Source: Limnochordia bacterium
GTDB taxonomy: Bacteria; Bacillota; Limnochordia; Darwinibacteriales; DTU012
Length of the DNA stretch: 64,000 nucleotides
Reading direction: 5' to 3'
Assembly (NCBI GenBank): GCA_007116145.1
Contig: SKJB01000050.1
Coordinates: forward strand, 1,638 to 65,637
The position numbers and the translations under genes were made by a program. The notes below the pieces were generated by a model. That model was given only the letters and a program-made list of their open reading frames with translations. It searched no databases and had not been told where the DNA came from. Position 1 is the stretch's first letter. The number at the start of each line of letters is the position of its first letter. Below are positions 1-10,497 of the stretch, one piece after another.

Positions 1-101
1 GGGTAGAAGGCCATAAAAATAATCTGCAAGGCAAAAAGCGCTAAGGCCCATAGCCAGAGGGATCTCGCATACATCTTAAACTCAAATATATAGATATTCA
101 T
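1..101 (-). CDS. ABC-2 type transporter permease, N-terminal ~33 aa only (gene continues beyond window start)
   Basis: Reverse complement of 1..101 reads MNIYIFEFKMYARSLWLWALALFALQIIFMAFYP, a hydrophobic N-terminus. ATG at 99-101 is preceded by AGGTGA. It lies directly downstream of the ABC ATPase stop at 111. Confidence 0.4.
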   Translation of the reverse strand, partial: MNIYIFEFKMYARSLWLWALALFALQIIFMAFY

Positions 102-110
102 TTCACTCAC

Positions 111-989
<879 letters not shown>

Positions 990-1010
990 ATCCTCCGTTT
1001 CCAGCTATCT

Positions 1011-2567
1011 CTAAACAACTTTCGTCGTCCAACCCTCTACATTCCAGATATCAGTGACCCAGTCTTGATAGAACTCTGGTTCATGGCTTACTAAAATAAC
1101 AGTACCTTTGAATGCGATGAGCGCTTGTTTGAGAGATTCTTTGGCCTCTACGTCTAAATGATTCGTGGGTTCATCTAATACTAACCAGTTCACATCTTTT
1201 AACATAAGTTTGCAGAGGCGCACTTTCGCATTTTCGCCTCCAGATAATACCATCATCTGGCTCTCAATGATCTCCGTTGTTAAACCACATCGAGCCAAAG
1301 CTGAGCGCACTTCCCAATTACTCAGACCAGGGTACTCCTCCCAGATCTCATCCATGGCAGTATGCCGCTTTGTTCTTGTATCCTCTTGTTCAAAATAGCC
1401 TGGGTGGAGGTAGTCATCTAAAGCAATCTTTCCTGTGACAGGTTTGAGTAGCCCTAACATCGTCTTTAACAGCGTTGATTTACCCAAGCCATTCACGCCC
1501 TTAACAGCCACCTTCTGCCCCCGTTCTAGAGCGATATTGAGCGGGTTTGTCAGTGGTTCATCATAACCTAGCACCAAATCATGACCTTGAAACACAAGGC
1601 GCCCAGTAGCACGTGCATCTCTAAATTTAAACACTGGTTTAGCTTTTTCCCGGGACTTCTCGATGATATCCATTTTATCGAGCTTTTTTTGGCGACTCTT
1701 CGCCATATTCGAGGTGGCTACCCGAGCCTTGTTTCTTGCAATAAAATCCTCTAATTTATCAATTTCCTTTTGTTGTCGTTCATACGCCTGCTCAACCTGG
1801 AGCTTCTTTAACTGGTACATTTTTTGAAACTCATCATAGTTGCCCGTAAACCGCGTCAATATGGCATTTTCCACATGATAGACCACATTGACAACATCGT
1901 TAAGAAAGCTAATATCATGGGATACGAGGATAAAAGCGTTTTCATAGGTCTGCAAATAGTGCTTCAACCAATAGATATGATTCTCGTCGAGAAAGTTTGT
2001 CGGTTCATCAAGAATTAGAATCATTGGGTTCTCTAACAACAGCTTGGTTAATAAAACCTTCGCTCGTTGTCCACCACTAAGATCAGCAACATCGCGCTCG
2101 AGTCCAATCTCGCCTAAACCTAAGCCATTGGCAACTTCCTCAATTTTTGCATCAATCATATAGAAGCCGTTATATTCGAGAATGCTTTGAATCTCGCCCA
2201 CATCTTCCATCATGACGGCCATCTCTTTATCGCTTACACTACCCATTTTCTCGTAAAGTGCATACATTTCCTGCTCTAACTGAAACATCGGTCCAAAGGC
2301 TTCTTGCAGTACTTCACGGATACTTTTCCCCTTACTCAAAGCGGTATACTGATCAAGATACCCCGTCGTTATTCGATTACACCATGCTACCTTACCTTGA
2401 TCTGGCATCAACTTGCCTGTTATTATATTTAAAAATGTCGACTTTCCTTCACCATTTGCTCCGACTAAGCCTACATGCTCGCCTTTTAGCAACCGAAAAG
2501 AAGCATCTTCTAAAATTTTACGCGCTCCAAAACCGTGACTCACATTTTCTACTGTTAATATGCTCAT
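1011..2567 (-). CDS. ABC-F family ATPase (two tandem ABC domains, no transmembrane domain); ribosome-associated translation factor type
   Basis: Two Walker A motifs (GANGEGKST, GVNGLGKST) and two signature/Walker B sets (LSGGQRAKV..LILDEPTN, LSGGENAKV..LVLDEPTN). No hydrophobic segments. Confidence 0.85.
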   Translation of the reverse strand: MSILTVENVSHGFGARKILEDASFRLLKGEHVGLVGANGEGKSTFLNIITGKLMPDQGKVAWCNRITTGYLDQYTALSKGKSIREVLQEAFGPMFQLEQEMYALYEKMGSVSDKEMAVMMEDVGEIQSILEYNGFYMIDAKIEEVANGLGLGEIGLERDVADLSGGQRAKVLLTKLLLENPMILILDEPTNFLDENHIYWLKHYLQTYENAFILVSHDISFLNDVVNVVYHVENAILTRFTGNYDEFQKMYQLKKLQVEQAYERQQKEIDKLEDFIARNKARVATSNMAKSRQKKLDKMDIIEKSREKAKPVFKFRDARATGRLVFQGHDLVLGYDEPLTNPLNIALERGQKVAVKGVNGLGKSTLLKTMLGLLKPVTGKIALDDYLHPGYFEQEDTRTKRHTAMDEIWEEYPGLSNWEVRSALARCGLTTEIIESQMMVLSGGENAKVRLCKLMLKDVNWLVLDEPTNHLDVEAKESLKQALIAFKGTVILVSHEPEFYQDWVTDIWNVEGWTTKVV

Positions 2568-2832
2568 GTTTACCTCGCCCTAACTATTAGTATTGCATCC
2601 TAAACTATTGTACCGATTTAGAGTTAAGAAGTCAAAGAGAAAATATTCCCGAAACGTCACGCTGGCTGTATGTTCACACCGCACACATTGGGTTTTCTTC
2701 CTGTTCTTGTTGTATGCTTGCATATTCTCGGAATCTTAGGAGGATTTTTCCCTTTTAAAGCGAAATAGTAGATATTTAAAGGTAATGCCTACTATTCAAG
2801 CTAATCATTCGATGTCAGGAAGGAAGGTTGTT

Positions 2833-5775
2833 ATGGTTGAAAATCACCCTCCGTCGCATCACTCTATGGAGCCATTATACTATGTTGGCGTCGGGGCCTC
2901 TGCCGGCGGGCTAGAAGCACTTCAAGATTTTTTTCAGTCGATGCCAAGCGATACAGGGATGGCGTTTGTGGTAATCCAACATTTATCACCAGATTATCGC
3001 AGTATGATGGATGAGTTGCTTGCTCGTTACACGAACATGCAAATCCACATCGCCCAAGACGGTATGTTTGTTGAGCGCAATGTAATCTACTTAATTCCAC
3101 CCCGTAGCAACCTGAAGATCTTTCATGGTAAACTCTTCCTTGAAGACCAGTTGAATCGCAAATCGTTAAATCTACCTATTGACGTTTTCTTCCGTTCATT
3201 AGCAACAGATCAAGGACAACGCTCAATTGCAGTGATCCTCTCAGGCACTGGGAGTGATGGCACCCTTGGTGTCCGCGCCGTGAAAGAAGCTGGCGGGATA
3301 ATTCTTGTCCAAGATGAGAAAACCGCTAAGTTTGACGGCATGCCTCGCAGTTCGATTTCTACTGGGCTAGTTGATTACATCCTCCCGCCCGCTAACATGG
3401 CGGAGGAAATGCTGAACTACATAAAACATCCTTTTATTCGAAAAACCAAAACACTAGAAAAAGATCTGCCACAGAATTTAGATACGTTGACAAAAATTAA
3501 CCTCATCCTACGAGATCACATAGGCATTGATTTCTCATACTACAAAGAAAACACGGTTATCCGTAGATTAGAACGCCGAGTAAGTATAAACCGCCACAAT
3601 AGTCTTGAGGAATACCTTGCCTTTCTGCTTGAATCTGACAAAGAAAAAGAAATTCTCCATCGTGAGCTGCTGATCGGGGTCACTCGTTTTTTTCGTGACA
3701 GCGAGGCTTTCGCCAGTCTCAGACAACAGGTGCTGCCGAAGCTAGATTGGAAGAAGAACACTATTCGCCTCTGGTCTGCTGGTTGTTCCACTGGCGAAGA
3801 GGTGTATGCCTTGACCATGTGTTGCCTTGAGGAAATGGAGAAACAGCGCTCCCACTGCGACCTCAAAGTTTTTGCCACCGATATTGATCGCAATGCACTG
3901 AATGTCGCTAGTCAAGGCTTTTACCCCGAAAGTATTGTTGCAGACATTGAACCCGTATTGTTAACGAAGTACTTCAATCGGTTAGAAAATGGCTTCCAAG
4001 TAAAGGAGAACGTGCGGAAAGCTGTGGTTTTCGCCTCACATAATCTACTCAAAGACCCGCCTTTCTCTCGCTTAGACTTGATGGTATGCCGAAACCTATT
4101 TATTTATCTCAAACCGGATATGCAACAACGAATTCTTAATATGTTCTATTACTCGTTAAAACCAAATGGTTTTCTATTCATGGGCAGCAGTGAATCCTTA
4201 GGTGAAATGAGCGAAGGCTTTCGGACTGTTGATAGCAAGTGGAAGATCTACCAATACCAACAAGGTTTCCACCCCCCAGTTGCCAAGAATCTGTCGCTCC
4301 TCCCACAGCTGACTACCAAGAACGAGAATCTTTTTGCTAACAACCGGAACACTGGAGATTCCCTTCGTCAATCTAAACTGCTCGAGAGAGCGCTAGAATC
4401 TTCTATGCCTCCTTCTGTAATTGTGGATCGTAATGATCATATTATTCAAGTCATAAATGATATGAACCCATTTTTCCAGATTAAAGCCGGTCAATTCTCT
4501 AACAATTTACTGAAAATCCTTCCTAGTGAATTAGCTCTTTATACAAATGGGGTGTTGCGCCAGTTACGCGGAGGACAAGAACAGCTAACCATAGATACTC
4601 TGGCTGATGTGGTTATTGAAGGTCGCATTCTTAAGGTAGATCAAATTTCTTACTATCTACTAACTTTTCGTTCAGGAACAAAAATTGCGCAACCTGAAGG
4701 CCATGACAAGCCAACTTCTGCTGAATTCAACAGTCAAATGAGCCAACACATCCAGAATTTAGAGAAAGAGTTGCAGGTCAGCCGCGAAAATCTTCAGGCA
4801 ACTGTCGAGGAATTGGAAACCTCAAACGAAGAACTCCAGTCGTCAAACGAAGAGCTAATTGCCTCTAACGAAGAACTACAGAGCACAAACGAAGAGCTCC
4901 AGTCCGTAAATGAGGAGCTATATACGGTCAACTCAGAATTCCAGGCAAAGATTGACGAACTTACCCAATCAAATAACGACTTAATCAATCTGTTAAACAA
5001 CACAGCCATAGGAGCGATTTACCTCGATCGACACTTATGCATACGAAAAATTACTCCAATTACTAGTAAAATTACCCATCTGCGCGAAACTGACATCGGA
5101 CGACCGATAGCCCATGTTGCTACCATCGAGTTTTACCCAGATCTCATGGAAGATATCAAACAAGTCCAAAAAACCCTGCAGAATACGGATCGCGAAGTAG
5201 TCGATCAACACGAGCGTACCTGGTTCGTTCGGATTCGACCATACCGTACTTCATACAATGCTGTCGAAGGAATTCTCATTACGTTTATCGATATTAGCCG
5301 CTTAAAGCATTTTGAAGGCGAAGTGGCAAATACCAGTAGGTTATTAGAAACTGTATTAGAATACAGTCCACTAGCGAAAACCATGGTCGATGCGAAGGGA
5401 CAGATCATCTACGCAAATAAGAAGGCCGAAGAACTATTAGGCATCACGCGAAGACAGATTAGGCACCGTACGTATGATGCCTCTGCTTGGAAAATAACTG
5501 ACCTTAACGGCAATCCAATTCCCCAAAACGAGCTGCCCTTTGCACTACTAAAGAGTACAAACAAACCAGTCAAGGCATTTAAACACTACATCGATATTCC
5601 CGGAAGTGGGCGGCGGCTGCTGAGCATCTCTGGAGTTCCCGTGCTTCGGCAAGACGGAACTTTCGATGGGGGCGTTTTCGCCTTGGAACAAGAGGAAGGA
5701 GGAGCGCTACAAGATGATTCCCCCAAAGAACCTCAACCATTGGCAGACACAGATCACAAAAATTCTGCAAGATAA
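2833..5775 (+). CDS. Chemotaxis-type CheB methylesterase / CheR methyltransferase fusion protein with C-terminal coiled coil and PAS domains
   Basis: N-terminal CheB-like [13 protein letters not shown] and SGTGSDGT motifs, then a CheR SAM-methyltransferase region ([12 protein letters not shown]). A heptad repeat NEELQS x5 follows, then two PAS-like segments. Start chosen at ATG 2833, preceded by GGAAGGAAGG; the six-frame ORF extends upstream to 2785. Confidence 0.8.
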   Translation: MVENHPPSHHSMEPLYYVGVGASAGGLEALQDFFQSMPSDTGMAFVVIQHLSPDYRSMMDELLARYTNMQIHIAQDGMFVERNVIYLIPPRSNLKIFHGKLFLEDQLNRKSLNLPIDVFFRSLATDQGQRSIAVILSGTGSDGTLGVRAVKEAGGIILVQDEKTAKFDGMPRSSISTGLVDYILPPANMAEEMLNYIKHPFIRKTKTLEKDLPQNLDTLTKINLILRDHIGIDFSYYKENTVIRRLERRVSINRHNSLEEYLAFLLESDKEKEILHRELLIGVTRFFRDSEAFASLRQQVLPKLDWKKNTIRLWSAGCSTGEEVYALTMCCLEEMEKQRSHCDLKVFATDIDRNALNVASQGFYPESIVADIEPVLLTKYFNRLENGFQVKENVRKAVVFASHNLLKDPPFSRLDLMVCRNLFIYLKPDMQQRILNMFYYSLKPNGFLFMGSSESLGEMSEGFRTVDSKWKIYQYQQGFHPPVAKNLSLLPQLTTKNENLFANNRNTGDSLRQSKLLERALESSMPPSVIVDRNDHIIQVINDMNPFFQIKAGQFSNNLLKILPSELALYTNGVLRQLRGGQEQLTIDTLADVVIEGRILKVDQISYYLLTFRSGTKIAQPEGHDKPTSAEFNSQMSQHIQNLEKELQVSRENLQATVEELETSNEELQSSNEELIASNEELQSTNEELQSVNEELYTVNSEFQAKIDELTQSNNDLINLLNNTAIGAIYLDRHLCIRKITPITSKITHLRETDIGRPIAHVATIEFYPDLMEDIKQVQKTLQNTDREVVDQHERTWFVRIRPYRTSYNAVEGILITFIDISRLKHFEGEVANTSRLLETVLEYSPLAKTMVDAKGQIIYANKKAEELLGITRRQIRHRTYDASAWKITDLNGNPIPQNELPFALLKSTNKPVKAFKHYIDIPGSGRRLLSISGVPVLRQDGTFDGGVFALEQEEGGALQDDSPKEPQPLADTDHKNSAR
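4794..4930 (+). repeat. In-frame 21-nt periodic repeat encoding (S/T)NEELQS heptads (coiled-coil linker)
   Basis: DNA units tcaaacgaagaactccagtcg, tcaaacgaagagctaattgcc, tctaacgaagaactacagagc, acaaacgaagagctccagtcc and gtaaatgaggagcta. The protein reads [37 protein letters not shown]. Confidence 0.8.
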
Positions 5776-8242
5776 TCTCAACACCAAAGACTTTAAACAC
5801 AAGACCTTAGATCAACTTGTGGAAGAGATCAGTACCTATTATCAAGAGCTCGAGTACCAAAATGAGGAATTAATCCGGACGCAAGAAGATTTAAACGAGA
5901 CGAGAGAACACTATGTGGAGTTATTTGAGGAAGCACCCATTGCCTATATTGTGATTGATGAGAATCATCAAATCGTGGCAGCGAATCGCGAATTCTGCCA
6001 CATGACAGGCGCGACACCCGAACTTACAAAAAGCACCCATTTTGAACAGTGGGTTGCTCCAGAGAGCCAGGATGCGCTTTATCTTCATTTGTTACAGCTA
6101 AAGAACGCATCCACTGTCGATCCAGTTGAGGTATTCATAAAAAGTCCCTCTGAAAAGCGCTTCGTCACACTACAGAGTAATCTGTTTGATGTGAAGGGCA
6201 AAAACCAAATCCGGATCAGTCTAGTGGATATTACGGATCGCAAACGTATTGAGCATGCTTTAGAGGAGAGCAAAGATCAGCTTCTTTGGTTTTTTTCTCA
6301 ATCTTTATATGGGTTTTTCTTTATGATGCTAGATGAACCAATCCAGTGGGATGAGTCTACGAATAAAGCAGAAACCCTAGATTATGTACTTCATCACGGA
6401 CATATAACTCGCATCAATTCAGCCATGCTGCATCAATACCGCGCCAAGGAAGAGGAATTTTTACACCTAACCCCCTATGATCTGTTTTTACATGACTTAG
6501 ATTATGGGCGTCAGATTCTGCGCGGTTTATTTGACAAGGGGCGTTGGCATGTAGAGACAGATGAACGGCGTTTTGATGGCACTAACATGTGGGTGGAAGG
6601 CGATTATATTTGTCTGTATGACGAGCAAGGTCGAATTACTGGACATTTTGGCGTACAAGCTGATATTACAGAACGCAAACAAGCAGAAGAGAACTTGAAG
6701 TTTCAGCTTAAATTTGAAAAAATGGTATCCGAAATCTCCTCCCATTTCATCAGTCTCCCTGCACAACAGATTGATGACGGGATCAACCATGTCTTACAGA
6801 CAGTAGGTACGTTCTTTAACGTTGATCGCACCTACATCTTTCAATTTTCCGACGACGGAATCTTCATGAGCAACACCCATGAATGGTGTGCAAACGGCAT
6901 CGCTAGTCAGATGAGTAAAGCTCAAAATGATCGAATAGATGCGCTCCCTTGGTGGGACCAGATGATCCGAACAAATGAGTATGTTCATATCCCCGATGTT
7001 AATGAACTCCCGTCTGAAGCCAAAGCCGAAAAAGCGATTTTTCAGTCTCATAGTATTCAGTCCTTATTATGTGTTCCCCTTGTCGTCAATCGGAGCATCG
7101 CTGGCTTTTTTGGGCTTGATACCGTTAAGAACAGGATAGTTTTTACACCCGATCAAGTTCTTCTGCTAAATATCGTGGCCGAAATCATGTCTAACGCCCT
7201 AGCAAGACGGAAAGACTTTCATACAATTTACCATTTGAGTTTTTATGATCAACTGACTGGGCTCTACAGCCGTAGATTCTATGATGAAGAACTACAGCGA
7301 TTGGATGTTCCTCGAAATCTACCCCTTACAATTGCAATCTTAGACGTAAATGGCTTGAAACTAACGAATGATGCCTTCGGACATCATGCTGGTGATCAGC
7401 TCTTGCAAAAAGTAGCGTCGGTGTTACGTCGCGAATGCCGAACGGATGATATTATCGCACGCATTGGTGGGGATGAATTTATCATTATCTTGCCGAAGAC
7501 AGATTCTAGTCAAGCTCATGCATTAACTGCTAGAATTTGTACAGCGGTTTCCAGTGAAACAATAGAAGCGCTACCCCTATCGGTATCCTGCGGTTTAGCA
7601 ACCAAGCTCGATAAACACAAAAAAGTGAGTGATGTTTTCAAAGAAGCTGAGGATAAAATGTATCGCACTAAGATTTCTGAACGAAGTAGTTATCGTCATG
7701 CCGTTATTGAGTTGATCATGAGCACACTCTATATCAAAATACCGCAAGAACAAGAGCATTCGCACCGGGTAAGCGAGTTATGTAGACGGATCGGACGAGC
7801 ATTAGGTCTAAGCCAGGTTGAAGTAAATGAATTAACAACAGCTGGGGTTTTGCACGATATTGGGAAGATTGTTGTTTCTAATGACCTCCTAAATAAACCT
7901 GGCGCCCTTAGCACATTAGAATGGCGAGAATTGAAGAGACATCCCGAAGTAGGCTATAGCATTCTGAGTTCGGTTACGGACTATGCACCTTTAGCAGAGT
8001 ATGTGTTTGCCCATCACGAACGCTGGGATGGAACAGGATATCCCAAAAAGCTTAAAGGCGAAGCGATCTCACTGCCAGCTAGAATTATTGCTTTGGCCGA
8101 TACATATGACGCGATGACTAGTGATAGATCCTATCGCAAAGCGCTGAGTCATGCAACGGCCTTAGAAGAAATTAAAGTTTGTGCCGGTAGTCAGTTTGAT
8201 CCTACGCTTACAGAAATATTCCTGCACATGATGCAGGAATAA
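5714..8242 (+). CDS. Sensor protein with PAS/GAF-like domains, GGDEF diguanylate cyclase domain and HD-GYP phosphodiesterase domain
   Basis: GGDEF motif (ARIGGDEFIIIL), HD motif (GVLHDIGK) and GYP motif (HHERWDGTGYP), with PAS-like repeats upstream. ATG 5714 is preceded by GGAAGGAGGAG. The ORF overlaps the 3' end of the upstream gene in the +1 frame. Confidence 0.8.
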   Translation: MIPPKNLNHWQTQITKILQDNLNTKDFKHKTLDQLVEEISTYYQELEYQNEELIRTQEDLNETREHYVELFEEAPIAYIVIDENHQIVAANREFCHMTGATPELTKSTHFEQWVAPESQDALYLHLLQLKNASTVDPVEVFIKSPSEKRFVTLQSNLFDVKGKNQIRISLVDITDRKRIEHALEESKDQLLWFFSQSLYGFFFMMLDEPIQWDESTNKAETLDYVLHHGHITRINSAMLHQYRAKEEEFLHLTPYDLFLHDLDYGRQILRGLFDKGRWHVETDERRFDGTNMWVEGDYICLYDEQGRITGHFGVQADITERKQAEENLKFQLKFEKMVSEISSHFISLPAQQIDDGINHVLQTVGTFFNVDRTYIFQFSDDGIFMSNTHEWCANGIASQMSKAQNDRIDALPWWDQMIRTNEYVHIPDVNELPSEAKAEKAIFQSHSIQSLLCVPLVVNRSIAGFFGLDTVKNRIVFTPDQVLLLNIVAEIMSNALARRKDFHTIYHLSFYDQLTGLYSRRFYDEELQRLDVPRNLPLTIAILDVNGLKLTNDAFGHHAGDQLLQKVASVLRRECRTDDIIARIGGDEFIIILPKTDSSQAHALTARICTAVSSETIEALPLSVSCGLATKLDKHKKVSDVFKEAEDKMYRTKISERSSYRHAVIELIMSTLYIKIPQEQEHSHRVSELCRRIGRALGLSQVEVNELTTAGVLHDIGKIVVSNDLLNKPGALSTLEWRELKRHPEVGYSILSSVTDYAPLAEYVFAHHERWDGTGYPKKLKGEAISLPARIIALADTYDAMTSDRSYRKALSHATALEEIKVCAGSQFDPTLTEIFLHMMQE

Positions 8243-8268
8243 GAGGGTTTTTGGCTTATAGAGAGTTC

Positions 8269-9432
8269 TTAGCGCGCTTTATTTATCCGTTGTTCATAGG
8301 CTGACCGAATCCACGCGCCTAAGCGGTTTGACTTTAAATCAACAGCGGTTGCAGGACATAGTTCATGACAACAATAACAGCGAATACATTGCTCTCGTTT
8401 TATGAGAAGACCCTTTTCCCCTTTGCTGATACTCTTAACTGGACATGAACTATAGCATAGGTCACAACCTATGCACTTCCCTTGATTTATGACTGGATAC
8501 GCTTGCATCCAATTTAGCGAGTGTTTCATAATAAATGCAGGCGGTTGCAGTCCTCGTTGTCGAACTTTATATTTTTTTTGTTTACGTTGTGCAAAAGGTC
8601 CATGTACTTGGATCTCTGCTGACGACAGCACTCCGAGTTTGCGAGCACTTGCTTTTGTTAACATCTGTATCTTATGCGGATCGAGTCCGATTAATTGACA
8701 ACATACTGCATCGACAGCCACACTATCATACCCAGCGATTAAAGCTCCCACCGTGCGCGGATCCCCAGCAGCAGGACCATCGCCCTCCATCCCCACGATG
8801 CCATCCATAATAGCTAGGTGCGGCTTGGCAAGGGCAAAGATGTCAACTAAGTAATCACTAAATTCGTTTATTCCTGGAGCAACCTGATGATACCAGGCTT
8901 TACGCGCTCCTGGTACACATCCGTACATATTCTTTACGGCACCCGTAAACACCGTTAACATATGGGTTTTTAGCTTGGGCATGCTAACTACTACATCTGC
9001 TTCTAACACAGGTTTCGCTATGTATATTTTTTCAAACGCCTGACCACGCGGATTTTCAAACTCCACGACGCCTGCCGTGTCAAAATTAACAATTTCGCCA
9101 CCACATGAATCGACAGCCGCGCGCACCCCAGATACCTCCAGGGCTTGACTCGTCCGATTGCTACCTGGTATAATTCCCCCTGAGCTATCGCCCACCCAAA
9201 CCCTTGCCCCTCTGGCAATGAAGTTTTTGGTAACAGCCCGCACCACCTCAGGATGGGTGGTTACTGCTTTCTCCGGTTTGCTCGGACTTAACAAATTAAC
9301 CTTTAACAATACTTGCGTACCGGGCTTGATTATTTTTTCGATATCCGCTAACGCGTCTATGAGTTGATTAATTGCTTCTTCTACACGTGCACGCTGGTAA
9401 TCCAGACACTCCACTAAAAATACCTCGCTCAT
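8269..9432 (-). CDS. DUF362-domain protein with C-terminal 2x[4Fe-4S] ferredoxin domain
   Basis: C-terminal CIGCDLCYSSCP and CIRCYCCHELCP cysteine clusters. The N-terminal ~300 aa match my memory of the DUF362 family. GTGGAG RBS before ATG. Confidence 0.65.
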   Translation of the reverse strand: MSEVFLVECLDYQRARVEEAINQLIDALADIEKIIKPGTQVLLKVNLLSPSKPEKAVTTHPEVVRAVTKNFIARGARVWVGDSSGGIIPGSNRTSQALEVSGVRAAVDSCGGEIVNFDTAGVVEFENPRGQAFEKIYIAKPVLEADVVVSMPKLKTHMLTVFTGAVKNMYGCVPGARKAWYHQVAPGINEFSDYLVDIFALAKPHLAIMDGIVGMEGDGPAAGDPRTVGALIAGYDSVAVDAVCCQLIGLDPHKIQMLTKASARKLGVLSSAEIQVHGPFAQRKQKKYKVRQRGLQPPAFIMKHSLNWMQAYPVINQGKCIGCDLCYSSCPVKSISKGEKGLLIKREQCIRCYCCHELCPATAVDLKSNRLGAWIRSAYEQRINKAR

Positions 9433-9821
9433 TTATCTCCACCCTCAGCTAGAACCGTTGCTACATCCACTGCAACCTTCGCGACCACTACCACAGCAAC
9501 TTCGCCAACAAACTTAGGGTTCGTAGTTATTGTAAAGTCGACCCCTTTTTGGCGAGCAGCAATAATGACTGGCATAGCGGCAGTGCGTGCTTGGGCATGG
9601 ACGACCACTTCATTAGCAAGTTGATCATGGACTGCTTGCACCAGTGCCTGGATACCCTCTTTACTTGTAAGCTGTCGAAAGGTCGCTGCTTGAATAACGC
9701 GCTCCCGAAAAAAACCTAAAAATCGACGTCGTTCATCCATCTTTAATTGGGGAGTACCATGAATTCCCACCGCTATTGTTTTTTCTAGATTTGATTTACC
9801 ATTCCAACCTGCTGTTGTCAC
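9429..9821 (-). CDS. Hypothetical 130-aa protein, possibly DUF1694 (YueI-like)
   Basis: GTG start preceded by GGAGG. 4-nt overlap with the downstream DUF362 gene. The motif GIHGT..ERRRFLGFFRERV resembles YueI-like proteins from memory only. Confidence 0.4.
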   Translation of the reverse strand: MTTAGWNGKSNLEKTIAVGIHGTPQLKMDERRRFLGFFRERVIQAATFRQLTSKEGIQALVQAVHDQLANEVVVHAQARTAAMPVIIAARQKGVDFTITTNPKFVGEVAVVVVAKVAVDVATVLAEGGDK

Positions 9822-9836
9822 AACCTATCGCCTCCA

Positions 9837-10220
9837 TCAATCGGCCTCTCTGGGAGTCTCCCATGCGAGTATTCCGCCCGTTACGTTTAACACCCTAGTA
9901 AAACCCATTGCACCTAGAATCTTTTGCGCCTGGGCACTCCGTGCTCCACTGCGACACATCACTACTATTTTAGTATCTTTCTCTAGATTTTGCAACTCTA
10001 GCGAGTCCGAAAGCTGTGCTAAAGGGATGTTTATTGCTTGAGGTATTCCGATTACAGCGACCTCTTCTGGTTCTCGTACATCTACCAACAAGAACGTTTC
10101 TTTGGCTGCGAGCATGCTCTGGAGTTCCGCCGGGGAAATCACAGACGCCGTACTAGCCACTGCCAAATAGCGCCAGCCAAATAGCCCAAGCACGACCACG
10201 AGTACTATCCATTTTGTCAT
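9837..10220 (-). CDS. Rhodanese-domain sulfurtransferase with N-terminal signal/membrane anchor
   Basis: Active-site loop VVMCRSGARSAQA and rhodanese fold motifs (LLVDVREPEE..GGILAWE). Hydrophobic N-terminus WIVLVVVLGLFGW. Start at ATG 10220 after GGGAGG. Confidence 0.75.
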   Translation of the reverse strand: MTKWIVLVVVLGLFGWRYLAVASTASVISPAELQSMLAAKETFLLVDVREPEEVAVIGIPQAINIPLAQLSDSLELQNLEKDTKIVVMCRSGARSAQAQKILGAMGFTRVLNVTGGILAWETPREAD

Positions 10221-10364
10221 TGTTACTCTGCCTCCCATTTCAAACACTCCCTTCTATTATAGCCATATTAACCGCATTTTCTCCAGCGACCTTTTATTTA
10301 AAAATTCTGACTTAATGCCGACAAAAAAATAACCTATCAACGATAGATCATTTCATCTAAGGGT

Positions 10365-10451
10365 TGGTGCCGGGAGCGGGACTTGAACCCGCACGGACTT
10401 GCGCCCAACGGATTTTAAGTCCGTAGCGTCTACCATTCCGCCACCCCGGCA
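10365..10451 (-). tRNA. tRNA-Leu (anticodon TAA), 87 nt with long variable arm, genomically encoded CCA
   Basis: Reverse complement TGCCGGGGTGGCGGAATGGTAGACGCTACGGACTTAAAATCCGTTGGGCGCAAGTCCGTGCGGGTTCAAGTCCCGCTCCCGGCACCA. Cloverleaf with anticodon loop CTTAAAA, a T-arm GGTTCAAGTCC (close to GTTCGAATC) and a type II variable arm. Confidence 0.9.
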
Positions 10452-10497
10452 TGGGTGATAATCACAATAGCTATTATATATCACTAGAGAATCTCTG

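Noticed and set aside
1646-1656. Partial Noc-binding-site-like TTTCCCGGGAC
   Set aside because: Only the core matches and the flanks differ from the consensus. It is mentioned only alongside the perfect site at 33351.
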